DNA of 59,607 nucleotides from positions 1 to 59,607 of the forward strand of contig NW_021835117.1 in the NCBI RefSeq assembly GCF_006345805.1. The letters run 5' to 3'. A model generated the notes under the pieces. That model worked only from the letters and a program-made list of their open reading frames with translations, had not been told where the DNA came from and made no database searches. Source of the DNA: Octopus sinensis. Its lineage: Eukaryota. This document shows, piece by piece, positions 37,675 through 52,131 of this stretch (position 1 is its first letter; every line of letters starts with the position of its first letter). Made by a program: the position numbers and the translations under genes.

Positions 37675-38100
37675 GGGGCACCCTCTTTAAGATTGGAATC
37701 AACGAATAGATCCCTAGAACTTCTTTTTTATGTCTAGCTCTTATTCTATCGTTTGTTTTTGACGTCCTGCTAAGTTACGGCTTTTGAAACAAACCATCAC
37801 AAGAAGCCAAGCGGTGCTTGAGACAAATACAACACAAACACAATTATATAGATAGATAAATCATATAGATAGGTAGATATAGATAGACATACACATATAC
37901 AGATACCATAGATATAGATATACATATACAGATACATCATGCAAATGTACATACCTATCTTCTTTCAGTTTCTATGTATAAAATTCTCTCGCAAGTTTTT
38001 GGTGGTTTGGCGGTTCCGCTTGCCCAACTTGCCACACAAGGCGAATGAACAGAAGAGCGCATAATCAGGAAAAAAATTTTTCAACAAGAGGGCCGCACTC
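37675..38100 (-). mobile_element. SINE-A, highly degraded
   Basis: cttattctatcg, gctaagttacgg, tctttcagtttc and cttgcccaa motifs in family order. Confidence 0.6.
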
Positions 38101-38247
38101 TTGCCGTCATGCTAAAGAAAACAATTACGAAGAAATATATAAAACTACACATCCACATGCATACGTGCAATAGCGAACTCATAAAAAGTATATACTATAC
38201 ACATACATACGTACCCACACTTCCATACATAAATACGTATATATATA

Positions 38248-38290
<43 letters not shown>

Positions 38291-38299
38291 TAAATCCTT

Positions 38300-39738
38300 A
38301 AAAAATGTTTTAGCCCGAAGGCCGCGGCCATGCTGGGGCACCACCGCTGAATGAGCTACACTAGTTTGTGAATCCACCTCTGATACGTGGCACTTGATCA
38401 ACAAGGGAGTTCGATGCTGCTGCCCGCATCCGTGTCTCCTGTCGTGAGGTAGGTCATCTGGGACTCCCAACAAGAAGAGATCCAGTTTAGTTTTAAAGAA
38501 ACCCACATCCACACCATGTAAGTCTCTCAGGCATTTAGGGAGGATGTTAAAGAGCTGTGGTCCTCTGAAACCCAAGCTGTGCAGTATCTGGACCTGTATT
38601 TTGATGGTGATGTTGGAATCCTTGGCACCACGCAGCGGCGCCCCGTTCTGCGGTTGGAGTAACTTTGAATGCCAAAGTTTGGGACAAGACCCTCCAGGAT
38701 TTTCCAGATGTATATCACTGCATATCTCTCCCGCCTCCGCTCCAGGGAGAAGAGGTTTAATACCTTCAGTCTTTCCAGTAGCTGACATTTTGCATTGAGA
38801 CGATTTTCTTTGTGTAGCTTCTCTGAGTTGCTTCGAGTTCTGCTGTTTGTTTTATATTGGTGGTGACCAAAGTTGGGAGCAGTAGTCCAAGCGGCTGAGG
38901 ACAAATGTTTTCCATAGGACCATCAGTGTCTCCTTCTCTCTTGTTCTGAAAGTTCGGAGAATCCATCCAGCTAGCCGTCTGCATTTTATCACCAGATTAG
39001 CAATATGCATTTGGAAAGATGCATCATTGCTCATGTCAATGCCCAGGTCACGCACTGATTTTGACTCAGGGATTGCAATTCTTCCTGGGCCAGTGTATCC
39101 AGTCTTCACGTCATTTACCTTTGTGTGCCAGTAGCGCAGGGCCTGAAACTTACCTGCATTAAACTGCATGTTGTTGTGTCCTCAGCCCACCTGTATATTG
39201 TGTCCAGCTCATGTTGCAGATGCGCAATATTTTCAGGGTTTTGTATTGCGTGGGAGACTTTTGTGTCATCTGCATAGCTAGCAAGGGTGGTCATCGTAGC
39301 AACTGAAGGCATGTCTGAAGAGGCCACTATGAACATCAAGTGGCCCCAAGACAGTGCCCTGTGGGACACCGCTTGTTATTTGCGTTTCCTGGAGTGGCTC
39401 CATTGCTCACAACTGCCTGTTTTCTGTCTTTTAGGAAGTTGTGCAGCCACTCTCCAAGTTTCCCGCCTATGCCGAGACCACGCAGTTTGTGACAGATCAT
39501 ACCATGGTCGACTTTATCAAAGGCTTTTGCAAAGTCAAGAATATTACATCCACATTTGAGCCATTTAGTAGCTGTTTCAACACCAGTCATAGTGTTGCAG
39601 GAGCTGTGTTAGGCAGCCTCTACCTGGTCGAAATCCATGCTGGGTGTCAGACAGAGTCATTTTCTTCAAGGAACATGATTAGTTCTTACGGACTATTCGT
39701 TCCATGACTTTGCTGATGTGTGAGGTCAGAGAGATAGG
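38300..39738 (-). mobile_element. CR1-group LINE, 5'-truncated, frameshifted RT plus C-terminus and 3' tail
   Basis: [85 protein letters not shown]; (TA)n on both sides. Confidence 0.95.
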
Positions 39739-39778
<40 letters not shown>

Positions 39779-39927
39779 TAATATATATATATATGTTTAT
39801 ATGTACATATATATATAAATATACATATATATATATATATGTATGTATATATATATATATATATACGTGTATATATATATATAATATACTATATATATAT
39901 ATATATATAGATGTATGTATTTATATA

Positions 39928-39960
<33 letters not shown>

Positions 39961-40249
39961 GCGTATATATATTTGCGTATATATTTGTGTATGTAGATAT
40001 GAATATTTATTGTAATATTAATATATACATAAATAGAGGGAGTGAGAGAGAAACAGATAGTTAGACAGACAGACAGACATACAGGGAGAAAAGCCAAAGT
40101 CGCACACTAATATGCGTAGATACGTACGCGTGTATATATGTATGTACATATATATGTTGGATATAGAATATACGCATCCTTTTCAATGGAACCGAAATAC
40201 GGACAAGAATAGCAGAATTTCCACATTGTCTTCATTCTATATATTTCAG

Positions 40250-40339
40250 ACCATTCATGCAGGTTCAGAATATCTCAGGGAATGACAACTGAGGATATTT
40301 ATGGACATATTCCGCATTTCTGGACAGTCATTGCTCAAC
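40250..40339 (+). CDS. Candidate symmetrical 90-nt coding exon (xHSCRFRISQGMTTEDIYGHIPHFWTVIAQx)
   Basis: Acceptor ttcattctatatatttcag|A, donor AAC|gtaagg; single open frame, phase 1 to 1. No family recognised. Confidence 0.35.
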
Positions 40340-40419
40340 GTAAGGTAGACTTAGCCAGCCATAACTAGCTCATGTAACAATGAGCAGACTTATTAATCTG
40401 TAGGCTCTTGTTAATGGGG

Positions 40420-40600
40420 AGAGCTGACAGAAACGTTACCGCACAAAATGTTTAACGACATTTTTTTCGACTTCCCGTTCTCAGTTAAGATTCTGTTCAG
40501 GTAGTCTTTGCCGTTCCCCTTTTCGAGGTCGATAAAAACGTACCGTTTTGACACTGCGTTCGATATAATCGATTTACCCACCTCTCTGAAATTGCTTGTG
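40420..40600 (+). mobile_element. SINE-B, highly degraded
   Basis: gagctgacagaaacgttac ... cttttcgaggtcgataaaaacgtacc. Confidence 0.6.
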
Positions 40601-41368
40601 ACAAAAATTTGTGTAAAAAAAGAGATTGTAGGCTTCTTCATACTTATAAAGATGCAACAAATTCAAATACTACGATGAAATTAGCAGAGAAACAGATTGG
40701 GCAACTCAGGATGTAGGAAAGTTTTAAAAGACGGTATATATTCCTGGTGCAGCAGTGAGACACATCTCGGTTGCCTCCTCTTGAAAATTGACGAATATGT
40801 GTGCCTGAGCTGATTCCAAAGTTCAGAGGAAGGAAAAAGTGCAAGACGAACAGAGAGAGAGAGAGAGAGAGAGCGAGTGAGAGAGGGAGAACAGACGTAC
40901 GTAAACTTAAATATAGTTTTTTTTTATTTACTGAAACTAAAAGCTGAAGATTTCAACTCATTTGGACGATCGCAGCGACACGGGACAAATTCTCAAGTTT
41001 TGTTTTCTTTTTACTTACATCCTTTCGTCACAAAACAAACGTGCGTTCATACATGGAATATGAAATATTTTTTCGAACAACGAATTGGAAAACACAATTG
41101 GAAACCAAGACAAACAACACAAAGAACCAAACTTTATCAGTTGTCGGTTGTTTTTCTACTCTCGTATTTCGAGGATTATATATATATATATATACATAAA
41201 TGATATACACATACATATTCATATATATATGCACATATATATGTATGAACACACACATTCACTCACACAATCATGCGTGGATACAGAAAAATATACAAAT
41301 AAACACACGTTTACAAACTTGTGTGCATGTATACATATATATATATGTATATATATATATGTATGTAT

Positions 41369-41405
<37 letters not shown>

Positions 41406-42115
41406 AATATGTACGTGTGGACATAAGCATATGCAGATCGACCGATAGGTGGGTAAATAAGCAGAAACGATTGATTAGGTGGAAAGATGGACCGACAGAC
41501 ACATACAGGCAGGGACTAGGGATAGGTACAGAGATAATTGAAAGACGAACGTACAGACAAACAGAAGCACACAAACACACACTTACTCACACACGCACAC
41601 ACACATCTCACATAAATATGCTATGTAAACAAGGAATAAATTTGTACGCTATCACTCATATATACGCCTACACAGGTATGTAGATATATGCGGGAGTCTA
41701 TGTTCCGGGTTGTTTATATACACTGGACTACGTGTGTTTGTCTGCTGTGAGTGATACTTGAGTGTAAATTATTTAAAACTCGCTCAATTCGTAACTAACT
41801 ATATTCACAATAGAGGAACTAAAATCATTGGAAACCTGCAAGTTAGTTAACGGTAACCAGTCGACTACAGGCGGCGACTGAAGCTCTTACAAACAGCGCA
41901 GTTTTAAATGAATGCTAAAAATACAACCACAACCACACGTATATTGATGTATAGGCACTGCTATATGTGTGTATATGTGAGTGCCTCACTCTCTCTCTAT
42001 TTATCTATGTATGTATATATAAATACATGCATATATATATAATTATATATATGCACATATATAATGAGTATATGTGGATGTATCTCTATGTATATGCATA
42101 GCTATATATATACGT

Positions 42116-42170
<55 letters not shown>

Positions 42171-42564
42171 GTGTGTGTCTGTCTGTATCTCGGTTTATCT
42201 AAATGTATATATATATATATATATATATATATGTAACTATATGTGTATACATGTATGCACATATATACATGAATATGTTTGAGTGTATGTCCATTTGTAT
42301 ATGCACTGATATATACATATGTGTGTGTGTTTATCTCTCTATATGAGTATATGAGTGTTTTACTCTCTCCGCCTCTCTCTCTATCTATATCTATATCTAT
42401 ATATATATATATTATATATATATACGTGTATGTATATATAAATATAAACATGCATATATGTGTATATGTGTTCATGTGTAGGTGTTTGTGTGTGAGTATT
42501 TGTGTGTGTGAGTTTTTGTGTATGTATGCATTTATAGACGTGCAAGTGTGTCTGTGAGATAAAC

Positions 42565-42653
42565 AGACAGTTTCCTAACCACATGCCATCGAGTTCAATC
42601 CCACTACGTAGCATTTGGGCTAGTTTTTCTACTAAGGCGGCGGCTAACTAAAG

Positions 42654-42745
<92 letters not shown>

Positions 42746-42760
42746 GTGTGTATATATATA

Positions 42761-42807
<47 letters not shown>

Positions 42808-43125
42808 CATGTATATATGTATAACATACATATATATATATATATATATATTATATATTATATATATATATATGACAGACTTCTCTGGTTTCCACTCACA
42901 ATGATTTGTATACATATGTGTGTGTGTGTGTTCGTTCCGTAGTATACTTGTGATACGTTTACGTATCCGGAACTTAACAGTTTGACAAAACTGACCGATA
43001 AAATATGTTCCAGACTTCAAATTAAAAGTCGAATTGTTTGAAAAAATCCCTTGAAGGCGGTGCTGCAGCAGGCCGCATAAAATGAGGGAATCAAGTAAAA
43101 AAGAGAGAATATATGGGGCGGTATA

Positions 43126-43168
<43 letters not shown>

Positions 43169-43434
43169 TATATATATGACAGATCTCTGGTTTCCACTCA
43201 CAATGATTTGTATAATATGTGTGTGTGTGTGTTCGTTCCGTAGTATACTTGTGATACGTTTACGTATCCGGAACTTAACAGTTTGACAAAACTGACCGAT
43301 AAAATATGTCCAGACTTAAAATAAAAGTCGAATTGTTTGAAAAAAATCCCTTGAAGGCGGTGCTGCAGCATGGCCGCATAAAATGAGGGAATCAAGTAAA
43401 AAAGAGAGAATATATGGGGCGGTATAATACATAC

Positions 43435-43440
<6 letters not shown>
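42565..43440 (+). mobile_element. Degraded SINE-A-like element whose 3' half is tandemly duplicated
   Basis: Head at 42565-42655; near-identical ~265-bp blocks at 42871-43135 and 43175-43440. Confidence 0.75.
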
Positions 43441-43476
<36 letters not shown>

Positions 43477-44224
43477 TTTACATGCACACACACAAACATA
43501 TATATATATATTTATATTTATGAACTGTAAGTACAGGCATGCGTATGCTTGTATATATGTATATGTGTGTTCATATGTACACACATACACATACTCGCAC
43601 GCGTACATACATATATATTTAAATACTTTTATATTAAAGTCTCCCTTAATACGTGTGTGTGTGTGTGTGTGTGTGTGTTTGTATTCTTGTGTATTGTATG
43701 TATGTATGTATGTCCTTGAGCAAAGGTGTGTAGCTGTAGGTGAGCCTGTGTTGGTGTGTATATATCAAAATTTAGCTTCGACCTCACGTACGCACACACG
43801 CATTAAACAGTCACCATCTCTAATTAAAAACACTCCTTCCGCGTAACAATTATTTCACCGGGGAACAATTTAGGCTGTGATCAACGACAAACGTTATAGA
43901 CATGCGTATATACATATTTACATAACACCCTAGTGCGTGCTTCCATATGCTGGTATATATATATATATATATACACACATAAGCATGTAGAGTGCTGGCC
44001 AAAATTCACTTGACAGTAAATCAAAACCCATTTAACTCCATGATTTAAGTCAAAAATTATGTTAGATGAAACTTCACTAATGCATACAGAAATGTTGAAT
44101 GAGATAACAGTGATTTTGACGATCAGCGTTCATAATTGGAATAAATAAATAAAATTGAATTTTGAATATCAATGGAATTTTGATTTACTGAAAGGTAACA
44201 TTTAGCCAAACGTCTATATATATA

Positions 44225-44600
44225 TAGGTGCCTAGGACTCCAAATTTGCCATCAAGATGTAGGACAAGATACTGTGATAGCCTGGGCTTCCGAAGTCCAC
44301 AGCTCTTCAATATCCTCCCGAAGAACCTAAGAGACCTGCATGGGGTGGATGCAGATGTCTTTAAAATGAAACCGGATCTCTTCTTGTCAGGTATCCCAGA
44401 TGAACCAACTTCACGGCAGGAGGTGCAGATGAGGACAGCTGCATCGAACTCTCTCATGCACCAAATGACAGTTGCTAAAATACATTGGTGAAGTAAAACC
44501 ATGTAGCAACACCAGACGGCGGTGCCCCAACATGGCCACAGCTCGTGAGCTGAAACGAGATAAAAATAAAAATAAAAAAAAATAAAATATATAACTGTAC
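44225..44600 (+). mobile_element. CR1-group LINE 3' end fragment
   Basis: CRTRYCDSLGFRSPQLFNILPKNLRDLHGVD ... PDEP, same family as 38300-39738; tail plus (aaaata)n. Confidence 0.93.
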
Positions 44601-44605
44601 ATAAA

Positions 44606-44977
44606 GAGATAAAAAAAAACCAAGGCTGTGTAGAATTTAGAACATTTATAAATAGGTTTTACAGCTGTTTCTAGGATACTTATTATATCCCTTCATCGGA
44701 GATGGTATAAGAACATGGTTAAGCAATAATTAATTTAGATTTGATACGAAAAAGTGAGTGAAGTGGAGGAATAAAAATCGATGCGAGATACGCAGGGATA
44801 TTGTATTTTCTTTCCTACACCTCAATTCTCTATTTCGTATCTTATCTAAATTATTTATTGCTTAACCCTCTTCTCACACCATCTCCGATAAAGGGATGTA
44901 ATAAATACCCTAGAAAAAGCTGTAAGACCTATTTATAATTATTCTAAAATCTACACAGCCTTGGTTTCTTTTATCTC
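44606..44977. mobile_element. Inverted pair (~150-bp arms) of hammerhead modules, family 3
   Basis: rc-left tct-ccgatga-agggatataataagtatcct-a-gaaac-agct-gta (44657-44702); right arm copy at 44882-44927. Confidence 0.8.
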
Positions 44978-45157
44978 ATTACGAAAATTATTTTATATAC
45001 ACACGGTGATATATGACCTAAGTGGGACCCCTTATTCGCATAATCACCGAATCTGGAACTTAACTATGTTCTATCCATAGCACATATTCAGCATTACCTG
45101 ACACCATTGCGTCTCACTGACACCATTATCTCTCATACCTATATATATATATTATTA

Positions 45158-45190
<33 letters not shown>

Positions 45191-45429
45191 TATTATTATA
45201 TTATTATTATATTATATTATTATTATATATTATTTCAGGGAATATAAATCCAAACTTGCTGGGAAAAAATTCAATTTAGAAATACTACATCAAATTGCAT
45301 ATATATATATATATAATATATATATATAAATTAGAAAAAAAAACACCTTTCCTCATTTCAAAATGAACAATTAAATTACACCGTATAGAAATTTACATAT
45401 AATAGAAATATCAAACTTAAAATAACAAT

Positions 45430-45520
45430 AAAGTGTCAATGAAGGGATATAATAAAACCCTAGGGACAGCTGTAAGACCTATTTATAATTGTTCTAAAAT
45501 CTACACAGCCTTGGTTTTGT
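45430..45520 (+). mobile_element. Single family-3 module fragment ending near (TA)n
   Basis: caatgaagggatataataaaaccctagggacagctgtaagacctatttataattgttctaaaatctacacagccttgg matches 44885-44964. Confidence 0.75.
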
Positions 45521-45530
45521 ATAATATATG

Positions 45531-45622
<92 letters not shown>

Positions 45623-45714
45623 GTGTGCATGTATAAATATATATATTATATATATATATATATATATATTATATTATATATATATATACACGTGCATACT
45701 TATACATATTTTAA

Positions 45715-45900
45715 TCTCAGTCATTCTACTCTGCTATGCAGGCAGAACGCTTTGAATAATTTTGGTCGAACGAATCCATGCCAGTAATGACTTTAGCCTG
45801 TCCAAAAGTTTTTGTCGAAACGCTAAGTAATGAGGAATTAAACACACCAAAAATACAGTTGTCAAGCTGTGGTGGGGTACAAGCATAGTCGCCAAGACAT
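45715..45900 (-). mobile_element. SINE-A 3' half, degraded
   Basis: cgaaacgctaagtaatgagg ... aacacacc ... gttgtcaagc. Confidence 0.6.
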
Positions 45901-45981
45901 GCACATATTAATATATATATATGTGTTTCTGTATGTGTATATATACGTATGTTTACATTGTATATAAAAACTACCTATCTA

Positions 45982-46081
<100 letters not shown>

Positions 46082-46126
46082 TATAACATATGTCTGTGTG
46101 TGTGTAAATATAAAAAAAATATGTAT

Positions 46127-46186
<60 letters not shown>

Positions 46187-46408
46187 ACAGACACACATAC
46201 AAAGAAATATAAGCACGCAGACACACATAAATAAAAGTAAGTATCATTTTGGATTCTAACGAGATGTCAAGTGCTTTTGTTTTCGTTCTCTGTCTTATGA
46301 TTGTCTCCTCGTTTATTTAGGTCGCATGGCCTACTTTCTGGCGCTTTTGACATTCACCTGCATAACTGTCACATACAAACATACATACATATGTATACAT
46401 ATGTATAC

Positions 46409-46441
<33 letters not shown>

Positions 46442-46512
46442 ATGAAAATATAAATAACATTCATGCATATATGCATATATGTATATGCATACATACATAG
46501 ATACATATATAC

Positions 46513-46559
<47 letters not shown>

Positions 46560-46562
<3 letters not shown>

Positions 46563-46765
46563 CACGTTGCTCTAGTTAACTCACTGGTGCCAAGATGAAC
46601 CGGCATTTGCCTTTCCGTTGGATATCATCAGTGGTGTGGAGAGAGGAAGCATAGTACGCATGCGTGACTGCTGGTCTTCCATAAAACAACCTTGCCCGGA
46701 TTTTGCCTTAGTGGATAACTTTCAAGGTGAAATTCTATGGCCATTCGTAATCGAAAGGGGTCTCC
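46560..46765 (+). mobile_element. SINE-C 3' portion
   Basis: cactggtgccaag ... tatcatcagtggtgtggagagagg ... ctggtcttccataaaacaaccttgccc matches 10020-10190. Confidence 0.8.
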
Positions 46766-46784
46766 TGTGCATTTGATCGTAATA

Positions 46785-46940
46785 ATGATTTGAAATTCAG
46801 GTACAAGACCTGCAATTTCAAGTGGGGGAGGAGCTAAGTCGATTGCATGGACTACAGTGTTTAACTGGTACTTAATTTATCGTCCGCGAGAGTACGAATG
46901 GCAAAGTCGATCAAGGTGGAATTTGAACTCAGTACGTAAG
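46785..46940 (-). mobile_element. SINE-B fragment
   Basis: aactggtacttaatttatcg ... ggcaaagtcga ... ggaatttgaactcag. Confidence 0.75.
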
Positions 46941-47823
46941 CATGCGTTTCAGTGAATAGAAACTGCGGAGATTTCTTATTCTCCTTTTTCATTTCGGTAG
47001 TCTTGGATATATACTTTGTAATCATTTTATAATCCAACGAAGCAAGCCCGGGATTTACCCATCGGGCGAAATACATTAGGATTGCTTACCTCCAATAGGC
47101 CTAGGCTATTAATCGATGCGGTTAGCCGTAAGTTGGATTATATCTGAATGATTGAACGGTACCTGCCTGGTTGTATTCCCACTATCTATTTTGTAAACAC
47201 ACACATACTCACACACACACACACACGCACACATACACACCACACACACACACACAAACAAACAAACACACAGTGAGAGAGAGACAGGCGTACATACACT
47301 GACAATTGCATACATGTGGTGCTTTTATGAACCTATACTCGCAAATGCGGAAATAGATATACAGACGAGATAGAAATGGAAGCAATCATGTCGTTACATG
47401 ATGTGCCACATATAGCTCCTAAATAGCTTAAAAGAAGGGCACATTGTATAAATTCATTCGAAATATATTATACCTGAGAATCACATTTTGACTGGTCAGC
47501 ATGGGAAAGCTTTTCATTTGGTATACCTGTTGATGCATGTTTTGTTATTTAATGACTGAACCCCAGCATGGCCACAACTTGTAGCTGAAACCGATTACAG
47601 AACAACAGAAACAACAATAGCCATGAGAGGAACTATAAGCTTTCACTTATTTTTTCTTTTTTGTTTTGCTTTCACTGATTTAATCATTTCAAGGGGCTTA
47701 GGGATTAGGACGCTCCACTTAGGATCGATTGTTTGACTTAGCTGTAGTTTCTATTCCCCGATCAAGTGATGAGAGGTGGTCTTCAGCAAACCACTTTTCT
47801 GCAGTATACTCAAACTTAAACCG

Positions 47824-48063
47824 GGCGGCGAGCTGGCAGAATCGTTGGCACGACGGGCGAAATGCTTAGCGGCATTTCGTCTGCCGCTACGTTCTGGGAT
47901 CATATTTCCACCGAGGTCGACTTAGCCTTTCATCCATTCGTTGTTGATTAAATAACTACCAGTTATGCACTAGGGTCAATGTAACCGACTTGATTCTTTT
48001 GTCTGTCCTTCTTTGACCCCTCTATGTTTAGCCTCCCCCTCCGGTGGGAAATAAAGAAATAAA
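47824..48063 (+). mobile_element. SINE-B monomer, full length
   Basis: ggcggcgagctggcagaatcgttggcacg head through aaataaagaaataa end. Confidence 0.9.
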
Positions 48064-48467
48064 TATACTCAGCATTATATGCGTAAACCTGCCCCACCCG
48101 AATGTCCGGCGTCCTGCACAAGAGGATTTCTGCTCTCGGTCACGTAGGTGCCATGGGACCGGAAATCCAGTCCTGGAGACGGTATCCTTTATTTCTATCA
48201 CTCATTAGACGGCGACCATTCTGGGGCACATTCTTGAAGAACCTTTTAGTCCAATGTGTCGTCCACCAGGACATTTTTTAAAGTCTGGTACATATTCTAT
48301 CAGTTTTCTTATGCAGTTCCGCTAAATTATTAGGACGTAAAACCACCAACAGCGGTTGTCAAGTGGTGTTTGGTAGACAAAGATACACATGGATGAAGAC
48401 ACAGAAACACACAAGCAAATACCCCCACACACACACACAAGCAAACACACACAAGCAAACACACACA

Positions 48468-48507
<40 letters not shown>

Positions 48508-49079
48508 GCAAACACACAGAGACACAAGCAAACACACAGAGACACAAACACATATACATACAATCATGAGCTCTGAAAGCAAACTTTGTACCTCAAAGTC
48601 ATGCAATGCAATGATCACAATTCACTTGTTTAATCAACGGAATTAATTGCTGTTTAATTAACATGTAAGTATTCTAACTGACATGCGAATCTTTGACGTA
48701 ATTCTCACGCTGAAGAAGTGCGACAAAACTTTGCCGTTTGAATTACAGGTACCATCCACAAAACTGTCATCGATGCAGTTGCTGCCAAACCAATTACACC
48801 CCCTGGTACAGGGTTGCCGCAACGGGTAGAAACAGTTTTTGTCTACATTCTAATACATGCCGCGCCTTGAAACTGAAACCAGAAATTCGTGTTTGCAAAG
48901 AGAATATTTTAAACTTGCTGACATACTGCTTCTGTGCTTGTGTGTATACACACACAAACATAGATACGTACACATAAATATACACACACACATATATATG
49001 TACATATATATATATTATATATATATATATATATATAATATATGTGTGTGTGTTGTGTGTGTGTTGTGTGTGTGTGTGT

Positions 49080-49290
49080 GTGTGGCCGCGTTCGTACCGT
49101 TGGCGATTTTTGTCCTTTTTTTTCCTCTGTCTTTCCTTCTCTGGATCTTTCCTTCTCCTATGTTTCCGACGAAGAGCTCCGCTCGAAACGTTAAACCCTC
49201 CTTCTTTCCTAGGCGTCCAATAATACTATATTTGTTCCACGACCTCGCGTTGTTGTGTTTTTTTTTTTTCTGCTTTCTTGTTTGGATTAG

Positions 49291-49292
<2 letters not shown>
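49080..49292 (+). mobile_element. Hammerhead module, family 2, between (GT)n and (TA)n
   Basis: gttt-ccgacga-a-gagc-tcc-gctc-gaaa-cgtt-aaac (49162-49196); ends ggattagc|tatata. Confidence 0.8.
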
Positions 49293-49333
<41 letters not shown>

Positions 49334-50058
49334 GCATACGAACATGTTCAAGAGAATGTTTTGATCCCGGTTCCTCATACACAACAGGAAACGGTAACGG
49401 CACTATGAGTCCTAGGGCTAAAGGACAAAACATCTCTGATCTCCAGCCGCAAAGGCCCAAACGAATATCACAATTAATTCTGCCCGAAACTCTAAAATTG
49501 GCTACTTTCATAGCCCATGTCTTAAGACCTTTGCTTGTCCAAGGCATTTTCGTCCTAAAGATTGTCCGAAACGATCATGATTGTTTTCAGGTCGTGGATT
49601 TGTTTCATGCATCAGATTTAGAAAAAGCTTTCCCTCTGTATGTCCCATGAAACTCTGATGGTTGAGAAAAAAAAAATTATCCTGTATGGCGCATAGTTGT
49701 ATCGGAAATGCATTTTCTGTGTTAGGTGTAATACGCAGGAGAGGTAATACAAAATGGGAATGAAGCGGGTAAAGTGGTGTGTGTAGTCGATATAATTGAT
49801 CTCGGGAGGAGACGGATATATTATTGAAACAATCAAGGAAGATCAGAGAACAAGGCCAGGCCTGAGATTTTGGAACTTAAAAAGAAGCAATAAGACACAG
49901 TGCTGGGATACGAGTCCCACTCATTTCTATACACTGCACCTTCATCGAAATATACTCACACATACACTGTACACACCCAAATTATAACAAAATATACACT
50001 CAGTGTGTAAGCTTCTGCGTGTGTGCTCAGTCTGTATGCGTGCGTGTGCGTGTGTGAG

Positions 50059-50109
<51 letters not shown>

Positions 50110-50558
50110 GTGCTCGTGTCTGTCTGCAAACGCGTGACTCGATTTCCTCTTCGGAACGTTATTTTCTCTCTCGCAGGCAGCATCTCTCTATCTGCGAATC
50201 TGTCTATCTATTACATAGTCCATCCGTCTGTCTGTCTGTCAGATGTCTGCATAATAGAATCCTTCAGTTTGTGGGTGCTTCTATCTAGCACATTCCGTCG
50301 CATTCTCTCTCTCTCTCTCTCCCTCTCTCACTCTTTCTATCTGTAGATATATCCGTCTTTTTTCTCTTACGTGTTTTCCCTGCAGTATTCACAAATACTT
50401 CCCAGACAGTCAGTAGCAGTCTCAACTGCATTTCTCTGCATACTGTGCACTTTCAGCAATCACGTGATGGAGCAATACCTTATATACGTAACAATGTAAG
50501 TATATATACGTATATATATAATATTATAATATATATATATATATATATAATATATATA

Positions 50559-50599
<41 letters not shown>

Positions 50600-50725
50600 T
50601 AATATATATATATGCTATATGATACATATAAAATATATGTATATATGATATAACTACATATATGTGTATGTATATGTATGGGGATGTATATGTTTATGTG
50701 TCTATGTATATGATTGATTGCTTCT

Positions 50726-50764
50726 AGTTCAGCTCATGAGCTGTGGCCATGCTGGGGCACCGCC
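50726..50764 (-). mobile_element. Solo 3' tail of the CR1 LINE (extreme 5' truncation)
   Basis: rc ggcggtgccccagcatggccacagctcatgagctgaac matches 44518-44556. Confidence 0.8.
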
Positions 50765-50768
50765 ATAT

Positions 50769-50806
<38 letters not shown>

Positions 50807-50977
50807 TATAATATATATATATATATATATACACATATATATATACATATATGCATATATATATTATATATTTATACATATACATACAATATATATAATA
50901 CATTCATGCATATATATATATGTATATATTATAATACATAATACATATATATTACACATACGTATATACATACATAA

Positions 50978-51038
<61 letters not shown>

Positions 51039-51044
51039 TATTTT

Positions 51045-51329
51045 ATGTGTTTCAGTCATTTATCTTCGGCCATGCTGAAGCACCACCTTTAGTGGAACAT
51101 ATCGACCCAGGACCTTTTCACTGAAGCCTATTACTTGTTCTATTATATATATATATTATATAATATATATATATCTGTCTGTTTCCGACTACCAAATCCA
51201 CTCACAAGGATTTGGTCGCCTCGAGGCTATAGAAGAAGATTCCATATCCAAGATTGCTGGAGTTGGAAATGAATCCGGAGAAAGGTGGTTGGGAAGCAAG
51301 CTTCTTACCACACAGCCACTCCTGCGCCT
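51045..51329 (-). mobile_element. SINE-A with internal deletion
   Basis: Tail at 51050-51090; head cacacagccactcctgcgcc at 51310-51329. Confidence 0.8.
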
Positions 51330-51528
51330 ACGTATAAGCAGGTGTGTATGTGTGTACATATGAACAATATCTACTTGTTTTCATCGATATATGGTTGGCT
51401 GTGTGTATATAGAATATTATATGTACCTATATGTATATGTGGTGGTATATATGTATATATGCATATATGTATATGTACGCATTTATATAACCCTCTACAC
51501 ACACACAGACACACACACACACATTAAT

Positions 51529-51745
51529 TAATCCCTCGACTATCACGGGTGTTACGTTCCATAAATTTCTGCGATAGGTATAAATCTACGAAGTAGATAC
51601 AGTACTGTAATTTCTAAGTTTATTATTTTTATAATTTGTATATATTTATTTAATTATAAATGGAAAACGACACCACGGGGGGAATCGACGTAAACTTAAA
51701 TAATAAACGGTGGTAGGTGAACCGCGATATGACGAGGGATTACTG
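51529..51745. mobile_element. pogo/Tigger-like MITE
   Basis: TIRs taatccctcgactatcacgg / ccgcgatatgacgagggattactg. Confidence 0.7.
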
Positions 51746-51952
51746 TGTATATATATATATCTATATATATATGTATCAATATATATCTATATATATATAT
51801 GTACCAGAGTCATTCTTGTTGCTTATTTTGATTATAATTACCCCACGGATGTTTAAAGATAACACCATACATAATTCTGGTGCATCTAAAATTAAGTACC
51901 ATATTCATTTGAATTAAAATTTTTGCTGAACATATATATATATATGTATATA

Positions 51953-52004
<52 letters not shown>

Positions 52005-52082
52005 AATATATACACACATATATGTGCGTGTGTGCTTGTGTATGTGTATATGTATATACATATGCATAAATTTATGTATATA

Positions 52083-52131
<49 letters not shown>

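Noticed and set aside
37433-37690. Paired ORFs with the same peptide on both strands (VKAIRR..CFLGLYSGGVP..CHV..RLTVYNHS)
   Set aside because: This is a trivial consequence of the inverted repeat.
47805-48071. 8-bp TSD (tatactca) around the SINE-B monomer
   Set aside because: The left copy is about 10 bp away from the element start and too short to be convincing.
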